The notes under the pieces are model-generated. The model worked only from the letters and a program-made list of their open reading frames with translations. It did not search any database and was not told the DNA's origin. The translations under genes and the position numbers were made by a program. A stretch of DNA of 64,000 bases from Takakia lepidozioides. Lineage: Eukaryota; Plantae; Bryophyta. Below are positions 27,621 to 41,100 of the stretch, in pieces; position 1 is the stretch's first letter, and every line of letters begins with the position of its first letter. The DNA lies in assembly GCA_030704615.1 (NCBI GenBank), contig CM060731.1, positions 26,908,001 to 26,972,000 on the forward strand, read 5' to 3'.

Positions 27621-28036
27621 CACTGACTGCCATTCTCCCTGGCATCTTTATCCTCTTTCGTGATGCAGTAGGGAGGTATCCTGATCAAACGGCCACTAAT
27701 GCCGCATCGCATTTGGTCTGTTGACTCATAGAGGCTGAAATGGTAGTTGAAGGGGTCATTGCCAACACATATTCGGAGGCGGTAATGCCGGACCGTTGCA
27801 TCATCACTGACTGTCCAGCAGACACTAGACCTCTATTTCTTCGAATTCAATTTTCCAGCGACGTAGGGGCCACCTGCCTCACGAGGAGACACGTAGGCCT
27901 TGACCTTTCGAATCCATACGGTGCATCTCCGCCGTTTGATGTCATCTTTCGCTGGTGACTCTTTCACTGCTCTAACACCCCTTCCAACACCATTCTTTGC
28001 CTCATTTCTTCTCTTTAGTTTCTCTTATGTTGCACA

Positions 28037-30120
28037 GCCTCATAGTGAGGTGGTGGAGGGATCGTAGGGCTCTGAAGACCCGCAGGACAAAAAGGAGGAA
28101 GCTACTGCAGCCCGCACACACCCTCGACCTTCTAGCATGGGTCCTCCTGTCGGGCCTAACCTTGTGCGCTTCAAGGACGTGCTTTGGAAAGGTAAAGGTT
28201 TCAAGTCGAAAGCAGCAGAGAAAGAGGCAATTTGACGATGAAGATGATGGAGAGTCGCCAACATGGGTCGTCCCCTTCTCCAAAAAATTAAAGAGCATGA
28301 AGCATCAGGCGGTTGTTGAGGAATATACTACCCCATCGGATCAGTCCCCTTCCCCTACAAAGAGCAGACGGGGCGGTGGAGAATCGGACGAGAACGGAGG
28401 AGTCCCCTTCCCTTGCAAAGAATAAGAAGCAGAAGGGGGCGAAAGCAAGGGCAGAGCAGTCTCCAGCAAAACCCCTCCACATGTTGAAGCTCAGTTCTTG
28501 CAGGAGTTTCAGAAGGAAACCGGGGGCAACTCTGCAGAAGCTCGGGCAGCTGCTCCGACGACGATTTCTAGCACTCCTGTCCTGGTCGATCTTTCAGCGG
28601 ATGAAGGTGTTGTTTCTTAACATGGGGAGCTCGACTTCTCCTACCTAGAATAGGACTTTCGTGATAATAGGGGAGGTATGGACGACTACATTCTCCCACA
28701 TGATCTGCCCGGCTACATTCCCAAGAATACAGGCACGGCTCTGGGTGGTCCATCTGAACAGCCCCTTCCCCCACCCCCAAAAATGTCGCAAGAGGATTTT
28801 CAGAGTGCAGAGAATCAAATGTTGGAGGAGACTCACAACAGCATTGGCAGAGTTCTTAGGACCAAGGTCTTCCCTTGCACACTGCGAATTCCACTCTGTC
28901 GAATGGTCTCCCTCCTGATAGTGAGGCTTGCTCTCGCAAGGGATGTGGATAAGATGAAGTTCGCATTCCAAGAAGGCTATTGGCTGGGGTCTGCCGCCTT
29001 CTATGTTTCCATTGAGAATGAGGAAGGTGGATCGCATGCCCGACAACAGAAGAGTTAGCAGCCTAGGGTCCCCACTACCACACTCGCAACACGGAATTCA
29101 AAAAAATGCTGAAGGATGATGGCGGTGTTTGGTGGCCAGCCAAAATCCCCTCTAACCCCTCTTACTATGAAAGCTGTGAAAACTGGCTCAGCAAAGAAGA
29201 CACTCTTCAACCTCCCGGGGGGGCACCCGTGCGAGCTAGTGGAAATGAAGGGCAGGCCAAAGTTGGAGCCAAAAACAGTGATTCAGTGTGCGAATGAGAG
29301 TTTTTTGAGGGCATTGGATGGCCGGCCGGCCGCCAAGTTAGCACACATCAAGCAAATGGAAGGCCTGAAAGCCAAAGCTCTAAGGAAGGCGACTGCAGAA
29401 GAGCCTGTAGACACTCCAGGATTTGTAGCCACAATGGATTTCTTTGCAATGACAAGTGAAGGGAAGAATTGCATGAGGCGTGGAAAACGGACCGACTGGT
29501 CATTGATTTGATCATCTTTGGATATTCCAGATGGAGAGCCTCTGGAAGGACTGGATATTGTGCCCTCTTGGAGCAAGTATTTCTGAGGACTTTTGGAAGA
29601 AAGGGTTTGGGCTAGCCTGCATGGTATTGGATGACAAAGGTTGTGTGGTGGTCCTTGCCAGCAAAGGCAAAAACACAGAGGCGGGAATTGCCAAGTGGAC
29701 CCGTAAGAGTGGCATCCCAATTCTGAAGAAGATGTGGACCTGCATCAACTCAATGGGCCTGGAATGCGGTGCCAAATTTTGCTTATGAATGGGGTCCATT
29801 GGATTTCGGCGGCACGGCATCCTTGCAAAGGAATTGCGGACGATGCTACACGAACAGTATTTCAGCACTCAGGAGACTATGTATGGAGATGAGAATGAGT
29901 TTGCAGACATTGCCCTTCATTGCTTATACTCCACAAGATATTTGATTTCCCCCCTTACAGGGACTTGCACGGATGAAGATTGGCGGCTCTATGAATGGAG
30001 CCGTTTTCAGTTTCCATCTGTGCCATGGAAAAAAATGCCGCTTTTCTCATCGGACTGTACGTACCCAGTGGAAATAAGGTGCCGCAATTGCTTTCACGGA
30101 TCCTATGACCGCGGATAAGT
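28037..30120 (+). pseudogene. Element C ParB-like plus putative N6/N4-methyltransferase-like gene (degenerate)
   Basis: TLRIPLCRMV..VRLAL..D...F..GY..GSAAFYVS (28678-29058) aligns with the D ORF that carries DGNH; IDLII(L)DIPDG...LDDKGCVVVL at 29500-29660; many stops and frameshifts; CTAAC at ~27973 and candidate AG acceptors at ~28018/28037. Confidence 0.6.
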
Positions 30121-30296
30121 ACCCTATTCCTGTGGACAATCATTTCTGAAAAAAATTACTGCTCATGATTTTTTCGGCAGTTACGAGTCTGCTCATGGCT
30201 CATGGCTCATGAAATAGCAGCCCCCTTGCAACGTAGGCAAATTTTCTTGTGAGTTGTATCAGGAAACTGGCGCCTTACGAAAAGGGAGTCAGTTAT

Positions 30297-32440
30297 TGAA
30301 CTCAGGGGTGCTTCTGGGACACATTGTGTGTAAGAAGAGACTTCTTCTGGATCCCAGGAAGACAGAGGCCATTAAAGCCTCTCCACCACCAGTGAATGTC
30401 AAGAATATAAGGAGATTCCTTGGGCAAACCAGTTATTACAGAAGATTTGTCAAAAGATATGCACAAATAGCAGCACCATTGAGCAAGCTTCTAAAGAAAG
30501 ATGCAGTGTTTGCATGGACAGCTGAATGTCAACAGGCTTTTGAGGAACTTACATTGTCAGTAACAACTACACCTGTGCTGATTAACCCTCACTGGCATGT
30601 AGTATTTCATGTTCACTGTGATGCATCAGGGGAAGCGTTGGGAGCGGTGTTAGCCCAGAATGTAACAGGAAATATAGATTCACCTGTGTACTATGCTAGC
30701 AGGTTGATGAACAGTGCTGAAAGGAACTATAGCACAACTGAAAGGGAAGCACTGGCAATGATTTATGCAGTAAATAAATTCAGGCATTACCTATTGGGAA
30801 GAAAGTTTATGTTTTATGTGGATCACCAGGCTCTGATATATCTGGTGAACAAACCTTTGATAAGTGGAAGGATAGCGAGGTGGTTAATAATCTTGCATGA
30901 GTTTGAGTTCGAAGTTGTTTACAAGCCTGGCCGTTTGCATCTTGTGGCAGATCATTTGTCACGACTAACAACAGGAGAGGCCGCCACAGGAGTAGACGAT
31001 CAGTTATCTGATGCAAGTTTATTTGTAATGGAGGTGCAAGGAAGTGCAGATGAATGGTTAGATTGGCAGTGGCCAATCAGATACTACCTTACTCATGGTC
31101 AATGCCCACCTAGTTATGGTAAGGAGCAGAGGAAGAGAATCGCTATCAAGGCTTTACCTTATACTATGGTAGGAAGCAGAATGTATAAGCTAGGACCTGA
31201 TGGAGTACTAAAACGATGCTTGTACCACCATGAAGTAAATAAAGTTTTGGAGGAAGTTCATAAAGGAGTGGCTGGAGGTCATTTTGGAGAAGAGACTACC
31301 AGTAGGAAGATACTACTCGCAGGTTACTGGTGGCCTACTTTGTTCAAAGATGTACACAAATATTGTCAGAGTTGTGATGAATGTCAGAGGCTAGGACCTT
31401 TGCAGAGATCTGGAAGGATGGCCTTGCATCCTACAATGCCTACGGAACCATTTCAGAAATGGGGACTAGACTTTGTTGGACCAATTAACCCACCAGCCAA
31501 GAATACACGGAACAGGTACATAATTAGAGCCACTGATTATACTACGAAGTGAGCGGAAGCTAAAGCTTTGAGGGACAACACAGCCAAGTCCACAGCAAGG
31601 TTCATGTATGAGAACATACTTACACGATTTGGCTGTCCCTTGGAATTTATCAGTGATCAGGGAAGTCACTTCATTAATGAGACCATTGAAATATTGACTA
31701 AAGAGTTCATGATTGTGCATAAAAAGAGTACAACATATTACCCACAGGGTAATGGGCAGGCAGAGGCTACCAACAAAATACTATGTACTATCTTGACTAA
31801 GATAGTCAATGCAAACAGACGGATTGGGATACAAAGCTGCTGACAGCTTTGTGGTCATACATGACTTCATATAAAGTCACCACTAAGTATACACCATTCC
31901 AATTAGTTTATGGTATGGAAGCCTTACTTCCAGTGGAATTCCTGTTACCTACCATGAGAACGGAATGGGGAAAGAGAATGGAATTGCAAGATTCCATTAA
32001 GGTCAGGAAACATGAATTATACCATGTGGAAGAAGTACGTGCTGATGTAGCTGATAATATGACCAGAATTCACATGAAGAGGAAGGAACAGTTTGATGAA
32101 GGCAAGTTAAAAACTTTTAAGACGAAAGATTTGGTTCTATGGTTGCAGAAGAAGGGAAAGATTAAAGCTTCTAAGCTTAAATGACCATGGAAAGGACCTT
32201 ATGTCATACAAAAGATGTATGATAACAACACCGCCATGTTACAAATCATTAACAAAGAAATGCTGGGAAGAGTCAATGCCAATAAGTTGAAGGGGTACAG
32301 TGGTATCCATGACAAACCATTGCAGCATGATTTGCATGTTGAAACGCAAGAGCAGTCACGGGCTGCGCCAGTGTTACCAACGGAGTATGGAGCACTTGTC
32401 GCTAGGCTGAGCATATATGACCAGGGCGGGCAGAACAACC
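30297..32440 (+). pseudogene. Family B RNase H-integrase (copy B4, the continuation of 8548-12264)
   Basis: HCDAS RNase H; H..GGHFG..CDEC zinc finger; GLDFVGP, SDQG and QAEATN integrase core; PWKGPY; a few stops and frameshifts. Confidence 0.92.
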
Positions 32441-32760
32441 GTGACACAGCCTATCACAGCCCATCACGACGAGACACAGCTTATCACAGCCTATCACAGC
32501 CCATCAAGGCGCGACACAGCCTATCACGTCCCATCACGACGTGACACAGCCTATCACAGCCCATCACGGCGCGACACGACATATCACAGCCCAGCACGGC
32601 GCAACACAACCTATCACAGCCCAGCACAGCGCAACACAACCTATCACAACCTACCACAGCGTGTCACAACCTATCACAGCTTCCCACAGTGCATCACAGC
32701 CTATCAGAGCGTACCACAGTATGACACAGCCTGTCACAGCTCAACACAGCCTACTAGGGT
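32440..32760 (+). repeat. Coding 30-bp tandem repeat (DTAYHSPSRR)n after integrase; also at 18040-18190 and 40660-40970(-)
   Basis: GACACAGCCTATCACAGCCCATCACGGCGC-type units. Confidence 0.88.
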
Positions 32761-33247
32761 TATACAATCCATAGAATCAGTGACAGGTGGACGCATGATA
32801 ACTTCAGGGAAATGGCCGGCGGAAGAAAGGACGGAAGCCAGTTTAGAAATGGACACGTGGAAGTCAGGGCGCGACACACAGCTGAGAAGGAAGTACAAGA
32901 ACAGGTGTCATCAAGAAAGAGGACAAGAATGGCCGTCAAAGTACCTATTTAGCGCGTCAATTCGAATGAATGGCGGGCCCATTAATGAATACAGAAAAGG
33001 GGCAACAGAACAAACGGCAAGTACAGAAAAACAAATTTTTTGTCACATGTGTTATCCTAGTGGACAGTCCAGCAAGGAAAGTCCACTAAAGAAAATTAAA
33101 TCTAAAATCCAGTCACAGAAGTTATAGCCAATCAAAAGCCAGAAAAAGGATCAAGAAATTGGAGGCAATTTAAGCGCAACAGTCGGCGTCGTTCTAAGTA
33201 ACGGGCGTCTCGACGGGACAAACCATCAATGCTATAGCTTTGAAGCT

Positions 33248-36200
33248 ATGGAGGAACTAACAGACTATACGCTCGTAATATTACTTACGCAGTGGCATAG
33301 GGACGAAAGAACAGAGCGGATCTTTTCTCTTGATCGATGCTTGCAAGCCCCGCAGGCTTACAAGAAATTACCCATAGCTTTTTGTGGCAACCATACTTTT
33401 ATGCTTTGTGCCCTCCACGCATTTCTTCAATTGTTACAGCCGAAACATTTCTGTGGGTCTAGAATGAAGAGAGTGAGAGGAATGGAGGAAATCAGGGTGA
33501 AGAGCACCACAATTCTGCAGAAACAAACGATTGCTACTCCACAAGCGGTACAGTTACTGAAGGAGCTGCGATTGCAAGGATTGCAAAACAAAGATTGGAC
33601 ATTGCACCATAGACAATACATGTTACAATTCTTGCAGAACTTTGAGCCTAAGACAGGAGCAACAACGGTGAAGGGAGTTGAATTAGAAATTACTCCCCTA
33701 TACCTACAGCAATTGTTTCAATTGCCAGCAGGTCAGGTGCATGTGGAGGAGCACAGGGCAAGACTGCAAATAGGGGACTTATTCCAAGAAGGGAGTTTCT
33801 TTAAAACTCAGGGTTATGCTTGTACCAAGGCCGTGTACCCAGGGCTAAAGGAGGTAGGCCAGGTATTGAACGTTCTGTTTGCCATGAAACAGAACCAACA
33901 GTATTTGAGCAGATCCTTCACAGAGGAAATACTCAAAGCCCTGAGATGAGAAGAGGTAGAATGGGCGGATATAATGTACAACGCACTGGTAGAGGAGATG
34001 AAAAGATTATAGGGTATTGCCGCAAAGTCTCCTATCATAGTGTCTGGCCCAATCATTGCTCAAATAATTCTTGATTCTGGCATCCTTGATGCTCGAGAAA
34101 GAAAGGAGATGAGAGTGTTTGAGCCAGAAACCACTGCAATGGAAGAGCAAGGCTCTTCACACAGTGAGGGGGGACTGGCAGGGCAACCCAATAATAAGAG
34201 ACAGAGGCGGGGAAAGACTGTAGTGGCGGATCCATTGGCTTCACGGAATCCGCATGATAATGTTTCCCAAGATTTTGTGCAGGAAGGGGCACAGCAGCAC
34301 AGAGAACTGCTATTACTGGAAGCAGGACCTTCAGAGAGGGAAGAGGAAGTTATTTCAGTATCATAGCCATCACAGCTAGATGATCGGCTTGTCAAAAGGT
34401 TATCACAAGTTGTCCATGCAGCTCAACCAGAAATAATTGATTTGGAAAAAGAAGGGTTAGATATTCCCACTACAGAACAGATAGTGGCAGAAATTGAGAA
34501 GGGGGACCTTCTCTATGAATATTCTGGTCTGGTCAAGGAGACAGAGATTCCAGAGGGGCAAGAGTTGCCCAAGGGAAATCCTGAGGTGCATATAATACAC
34601 ACACCTGTGCCGGAGGTACCACAGGTAGAATGTCAAGACACTGCAGCACCGGTGATGGATGAAGTGGTTAAGGAAGAAAATTTGGTGGGACAATGGCCTG
34701 AGTGGTTCGTGAGACATCACACTGTTGAGGATCAGGGAGAACAGCAACAAGTTCACCATGATGAACCTCAACAGGCAATGCTTATGAGTTCCATAGGCAG
34801 GACACTTAATTTGTTGGGGACTTATGTCAAATCCCATGTTCCAACTACCCAATTGACAACCTTGAGAGAGGAACTCAGGAAGGAGTTTGAGGCTCGACTA
34901 GCCACTGAGTGTGCAAACAAGGTCGATGAGTCACTCTCAAGATGCAGCAAGACTTGGAGAATACAGAAGCGGCTTTGCAATTGGCCAAGGAACAATTGAT
35001 TGAGGCAGGCCTCGCGCAAGACCAATTGCACGAAGCACATAAGCAACAGCTATACCAAATGCAGGTGAAGCATGAAAGCAAGTTGCAAGAAGTGAATGCA
35101 CTACATACGGAGTTGCAAACAGTGCATGACAGGATGGCCATACAATGTGCTACATTCACAACTATGCTTGACCAAAGTACAAAAGAAATAAACAGTCAAG
35201 CGGAAAGATGTACGAAGGCAGAAGCAGAGAATGTTGAACAAATGAAACTCATTGTCGATATGAAGAATACAATCTGTCGCAATGAGGATACTTTCAAGCA
35301 ATACAGGCAGGTTGAAGCTGACAAAGAGAGGCACATCCTGGAGTTGCAACAAACGGTCATGGCCAATAGAAATGAAATCTCGGTCACTAACAAGGCTTGG
35401 AAGGAAGCCAATAATCTACTTGCTGCCTATGCGAATTTGGTTGAACCTCATGCGAAAAGCATTGAGGCTTTACAACAGCAGTTAGATGTGTACAAACTAA
35501 GAGAGGAGCACACTCTCAGAGAAACCACAAGCAACTTGGTGGATAACCACCTTATGCAGGTCTGGTTAGCACAAGGGCCAGTGGAGGGCAAAGCACCACG
35601 AAAGCTCACCCAAAGCGAGATGAATGAGCTCAGACTGCAAGTGCAGAACATTGCCACAACTACTATAGACAATGTCTATAGTAGAATAGCGGAGTTACAG
35701 GAGGATGTAGACGGACTGCAGACTCAAGTGGAGGACCTCACTTCAAATATCAACAAAAAAGTCTATATACCTGAGCAACAGCTAATGGCTTCTTATTTAC
35801 AAGCCAGAACTTTGGCTTTTCAGTCTTCTTCACAGGAGGTGCAGGAGATGCCAATGATACAAGAGCCAGTGCCACCAACACCACAACAAGTCACTGTGCC
35901 AGTAGTTGACCCTCTTGTTACTACAACCACACCACAGCCACCACAGCCTGAGGTATGGGGCAATGCTGCTTTTAACCCACCTAAAACTCCAGCTGCAAGG
36001 GAGTACAGTAGGGCTATGATTATGCCCTTCAACCAAATTCCCATCATGTTGGATTTGGCTTGGAAAGAATTTAGTCCTCCGCAATCATTGGCACATTACT
36101 ACCAAATCATGCGCATTTGGCTGCCAGTGGCAACTAGGACTAAAGTTCTTCCGAACAATTGACCAATTGAGGATCATCACTTTGCACAATACTGGCATGA

Positions 36201-37017
36201 GGCAGGTACAATGTTGAAGGAATTAATTGCCTTCCAAGTTGTACATGGATTCATTTATACCAAGACCAATGAGGTAGTGAGTATTGTCACGGGATGCGGG
36301 TTATACTACGCTGCTTGTTTTCTGGTACGTTATCACATTGAGCAGCACAAGATGCAATCGCGCTTTCTGAGTTATTCCAGTGGGGATCATTGGGTCTTAC
36401 CTTCGGTGCTACCTCATATGTACCTATATGAGGCAAAAGTTATGATGCAAAAGGATTCTCAAATTCGTTCATGGTTTCAAGCAGCCTGGAACAATTTGTC
36501 AACGAAGAAATTCGGCCCTGACGATATTTTCTTTAAGGGACATGTGGCATGGAAATACTTGCACAATTCCCAAGTCATTGGTACCCCACTCACCTGGACA
36601 GACAAGGAGCTCAGGGTCTTCACCAATTTTGCCATTCAGCGTTTACAGCAAGTTTTAAAGTTTAAACTTCCAGACATGGTAGGACAACATTGTATGCCTC
36701 AGAGGATTCCACAAAAAGTTCGGCAGTTAAAACACTTGAGAGGCGATGAGGATTCTGATACAACTGGTTCTTCAGCGGACTCTTTTGACATGGGAGAAGA
36801 CTATGCAATACAGATGGCAGAAAAGAAACGACGGGGGTCTCCTATGCCTGAAAGATTACCTCCATATCAGCCTCCAGAGGGCCTCACATATCCAGGTAGT
36901 GTTCAATCATCTCCGTCAACCAGAGACAGACCTCAGGCTCGCACACAGAGTCCTTCACGAGACTCTCAACGCCAGAAGGGTGCTCACTCAATAAGGTTTG
37001 CTAATCCCAAACAGTAA
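33248..37017 (+). pseudogene. Family B extra 3' region (~1250 aa): putative plant-transposon (Transposase_32/Athila env-like) domain, long coiled coil and unknown C-terminal domain
   Basis: MLQFLQNF...TVKGVELEITP..LQQLFQLP and LRGEEVEWADIM..IVSGPIIAQI resemble the domain in Athila/SIRE extra ORFs; heptad-rich 34942-35760; conserved across four copies. Confidence 0.65.
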
Positions 37018-37055
37018 ACCGTGAGGACACGGCTTTTTGAGAGGGGAAGGGGTAA

Positions 37056-38100
37056 TGTTAGAGGACTGCCAGGGACTTAGACACTTATACGGGATCTGTG
37101 GGGTACCCTTAATTTTTGCACAGACTGAGACCAACACGAGCCTTAGGGGTGACAGCAGCGCACTTTAGAGGGGGGTTACACAGCCCGTCACAGCCCGTCA
37201 CAGTCCAACACAGCCCGTCACAGCTTCGCACAGCCGACACAGCCCGACACAGCCACACAGCCAGTCACAGCCCGACACAGCCCAACACAGTCGCACAGCC
37301 AGTCACAGCCCAACACAGTTGCACAGCCAGTCACAGCTCGTCACAGTTTCACACAGCCAGTCACAGCTTGACACATCTGTCACGACCATAAGGAACGATA
37401 GCAGGACAGGGAACGACTGTGAGGAACAACACCTGCGAATGGAACATGTTAGTTCACGGAGGACGGTTAGTAAGGGAAACGGTTAACGGGTAGGACTGGA
37501 AAAGGGAGATTCTTGGATCACTTCTGGGGGAAACACAGCGGAAAGGAGTGGATCGATTCTGGAGATCACTTTGGGAGGGGACTTCGGACATCACTAGGGG
37601 AAATGAGGCAGAGAGCGTATCTCTGAGCAGAAAGAGGGAAAGCACGGAGTAGGAGGAGGATGATCTGTGATGCGTAATGGAAGCAAGCAGTAGAATTATA
37701 ATGTAGAGCAGTAGAATTGTAATGTAGAGTAGTAGAATTGTAATGTAGAGCAGATTAGAGACTCCAGGGCTTCAGCCTGATACTTGATAGATATTAATTT
37801 GATATACACTTCATACTCACACTGTGTAGAGAGATCTGAGTGAAGCTGTGGAATGAATGGATGAGTTGATGGAATCCGATAGATTGATGAAGCAAACTCA
37901 TACTTAATTATCAATAGTAAGGTAGCTAGCTAACATGAATGCGGGAAGGAAAACAAATAGGAAACACCCCCATGATACACTAGCTGTAGGTCATGACTGA
38001 TTGTTCTGAGCGGGCTGAGTACTTAGAGATTTCCAACTCTTCTATCTTGGAGTTTCCGCCTCGGATAGCGAAGGGATGGGTGAGTAAAAGCCGCGCGACG
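37056..38100 (+). mobile_element. Family B 3' LTR (B4), inserted into B5
   Basis: PPT at 37039-37053; TGTTAGAGG...GCGCGACG. Confidence 0.92.
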
Positions 38101-41100
38101 GTACCTCTCTTGGTCAGCTTCAACCTGCCTGTATTGCTTGAAAATACTCTCATTGCGACAGATTGTATTCTTCATATCGACAATGAGTTTCACTTGCTCA
38201 ACATTCTCTGCCTCTGCCTTCGTACATCTTTCCGCTTGACTGTTTATTTCTATTGTACTTTGGTCAAGCATAGTTGTGAGTGTAGCACATTGTATGGCCA
38301 TCCTGTCATGCACTGTCTGCAACTCCGTATGTAGTGCATTCACTTCTTGCAACTTGCTTTCATGCTTCACCTGCATTTGGTATAGCTGTTGCTTATGTGC
38401 TTCGTGCAACTGGTCTTGCGCGAGGCCTGCCTCAATCAATTGTTCCTTGGCCAATTGCAAAGCCGCTTCTGTACTCTCTAAGTCTTGCTGCATCTTGAAA
38501 GTGACCTCTTCATCGACCTTGTTTGCACACTCAGTGGCAAGTCTAGCCTCAAACTCCTTCCTGAGTTCCTCCCTCAAAGCTGCCAATTGGGTAGTTGGAA
38601 CATGGGATTTGACATAAGTCCCCAACAAATTAAGTGTCATGCTTATGGAACTCATAAGCATGGCCTGTTGAGGGTCATCATGGTGAGCTTGCTGCTGTTC
38701 TCCCTGATCCTCAACAGTGTGATGCCTCACGAACCACTCAGGCCATTGCCCCACCAGATTTTCTTCCTGAACCACTTCATCCGTCACCGGTGCTGCAGTG
38801 TCTTGACATTCTACCTGTGGTACCTCCGTCACAGGTGTGTGTATTATATGCACCGCAGGGTTTCCCTTGTACAACCGTTGCACCTCCAGAATCACTGTGT
38901 CCTTGACCAGACCAGAATATTCATAGAGAAGGTCCCCCTTCTCAATTTCTGCCACCACCTGTTCTGTAATGGGAATATCTAACCCTTCTTTCTCCAAATC
39001 AATTATTTCTGGTGGAACTGCATGGACAACTTGTGGTAACTCTATGACAAGCCGAGCATCTGGCTGTGATGGCTGTGATACTGAAGTAACTTCCTCTTCC
39101 CTCTCTGAAGGTCCCTTCCAATAATAGCAGTTCTCTGTGCTGCTGTGCCCCTTCCTGCACAAGAGCTTGGGAAACATTATCATGCGGTTTCCGTGAAGCC
39201 AGTGGATCCGCCACTACAGTCTTTCCCCACCTCGGTCTCTTAGTCTGGGGTTGCCCTGTCAGTCCACCCTCACTGTGCGAAGAGCCTTGCTCTTCCATTG
39301 CAGTGGTTTCAGTCTCAAGCACTCCCATCTTATTTCTTTCTCGAGCATCAAGTATGCCAGAATCAAGAATTATTTGAGCAATGATTGGGCCAGACACTAT
39401 GATAGGAGACTTTGCGGCAGTGCCCTGTAATCTTTTCATCTCCTCTACCAGTGCATTGTACATTATGTCCGCCCATTCTACCTCTTCTCCTCTCAGGGCT
39501 TTGAGTATTTCCTCTGTGAAGGATCTGCTCAAATACTGTTGGTTCTGTTTCATGGCAAACAGAACGTTCAATACCTGGCCTACCTCCCTTAGCCCTGGGT
39601 ACACGGCCTTGGTACAAGCATAACCCTGAGTTTTAAAGAAACTCCCTTCTTGGAATAAGTCCCCTATTTGCAGTCTTGCCCTGTGCTCCTCCACATGCAC
39701 CTGACCTGCTGGCAATTGAAACAATTGCTGTAGGTATAGGGGAGTAATTTCTAATTCAACTCCCTTCACCGTTGTTGCTCCTGTCCTTGGCTCAAAGTTC
39801 TGCAAGAATTGTAACATGTATTGTCTATGGTGTTTTGCAATCCTTGCAATCGCAGCTCCTTCAGTAACTGTACCGCCTGTGGAGTAGCAATCGTTTGTTT
39901 CTGCAGGATTGTGGTGCTCTTCACGCTGATTTCCATTCCTCTCACTCTCTTCATTCTAGACCCACAGAAATGTTTTGGCTGTAACAATTGAAGAAATGCC
40001 TGCAGGGCACAAAGCATAAACGTATGGTTGCCACAAAAAACTATGGGTAATTTCTTGTAAGCCTGCGGGGCTTGCAAGCATCGATCAAGAGAAAAGATCC
40101 GCTCTGTTCTTTCATCCCTATGCCACTGCGTAAGTAATATTGCGAGCGTATAGTCTGTTAGTTCCTCCATAGCTTCAAAGCTATAGCATTGATGGTTTGT
40201 CCCCTCGAGACGCCCGTTACTTAGAACGACGCCGACTCTTGCGCTTAAATTCCCTCCAATTTCTTGATCCCTTTTCTGGCTTTTGATTGGCTGTAACCGC
40301 TGTGACTGGATTTTAGATTTAATTTTCTTTAGTGGACTTTCCCTGCTAGACTGTCCACTAGGATAACACATGTGACAAGAATTTCGCTTTTCTGTGCTTG
40401 CCATTTGTTCTGTTGCCCCTTTTTCGTATTCATTAATGGTCCCGCCATTCATCCGAATTGATGTGCTAAGTAGGTATTTTGACGGCCATTCTTGTCCTCT
40501 TTCTTGATGACATCTGTTCTTGCACTTCCTTTCCAGCTGTGTGTTGCGCCCTGACTTCCACGTGTCCCTTTCTAAACTGGCTTCCGTCCTTTCTTCCGCC
40601 GGCCATTTCCCTGAAGTTATCATACGTCCACCTGTCACTGATTCTATGGATTGTGTAACCCTAGTAGGCTGTGTTGAGGTGTGACAGGCTGTGTCATACT
40701 GTGGTACGCTATGATAGGCTGTATTATACTTTGGTAAGCTGTGATAGGCTGTGATACGCGGTGGTAGGTTATGATAGGCTGTATTGCGCCGTGCTGGGCT
40801 GTGATAGTCTGTGTGGCGCCGTGTTGGGCTATGATAGGCTGTGTTGTGCCTTGATGGGCTGTGATAGGCTGTGTCGCACCTTGATGGGCTGTGATAGGCT
40901 GTGTCGCGCCGTGATGGGCTGTGATAGGCTGTGTCGCGCCTTGATGGGCTTTGATAGGCTGTGTCGCGCCTGTTCTGCCCGCCCTGGTCATATATGCTCG
41001 GCCTAGCGACAAGTGCTCCATACTCCGTTGGTATCACTGGCGCAGCCCGTGACTGCTTTTGCGTTTCAACATCCAAATCATGCTGCAATGGTTTGTCATG

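Larger units (their letters stand above)
22385..30225. mobile_element. Element C copy 1: 7.84-kb TIR element with SWIM, ParB-like and methylase-like remnants and a central palindrome array
   Basis: Left end GGGAGGTTTACTATTTCATGAGC; right end reverse complement GGGGGCTGCTATTTCATGAGC; subterminal CATGAGC repeats at both ends; TTGCAA duplicated at 22379-22384 and 30226-30231; removing it restores the A reading frame. Confidence 0.88.

Noticed and set aside
24429-27724. Many short ORFs (GNAAPHF, MRRRIS, KCGAAF) on both strands
   Set aside because: They are translations of the stop-free palindrome, with no sign of real coding
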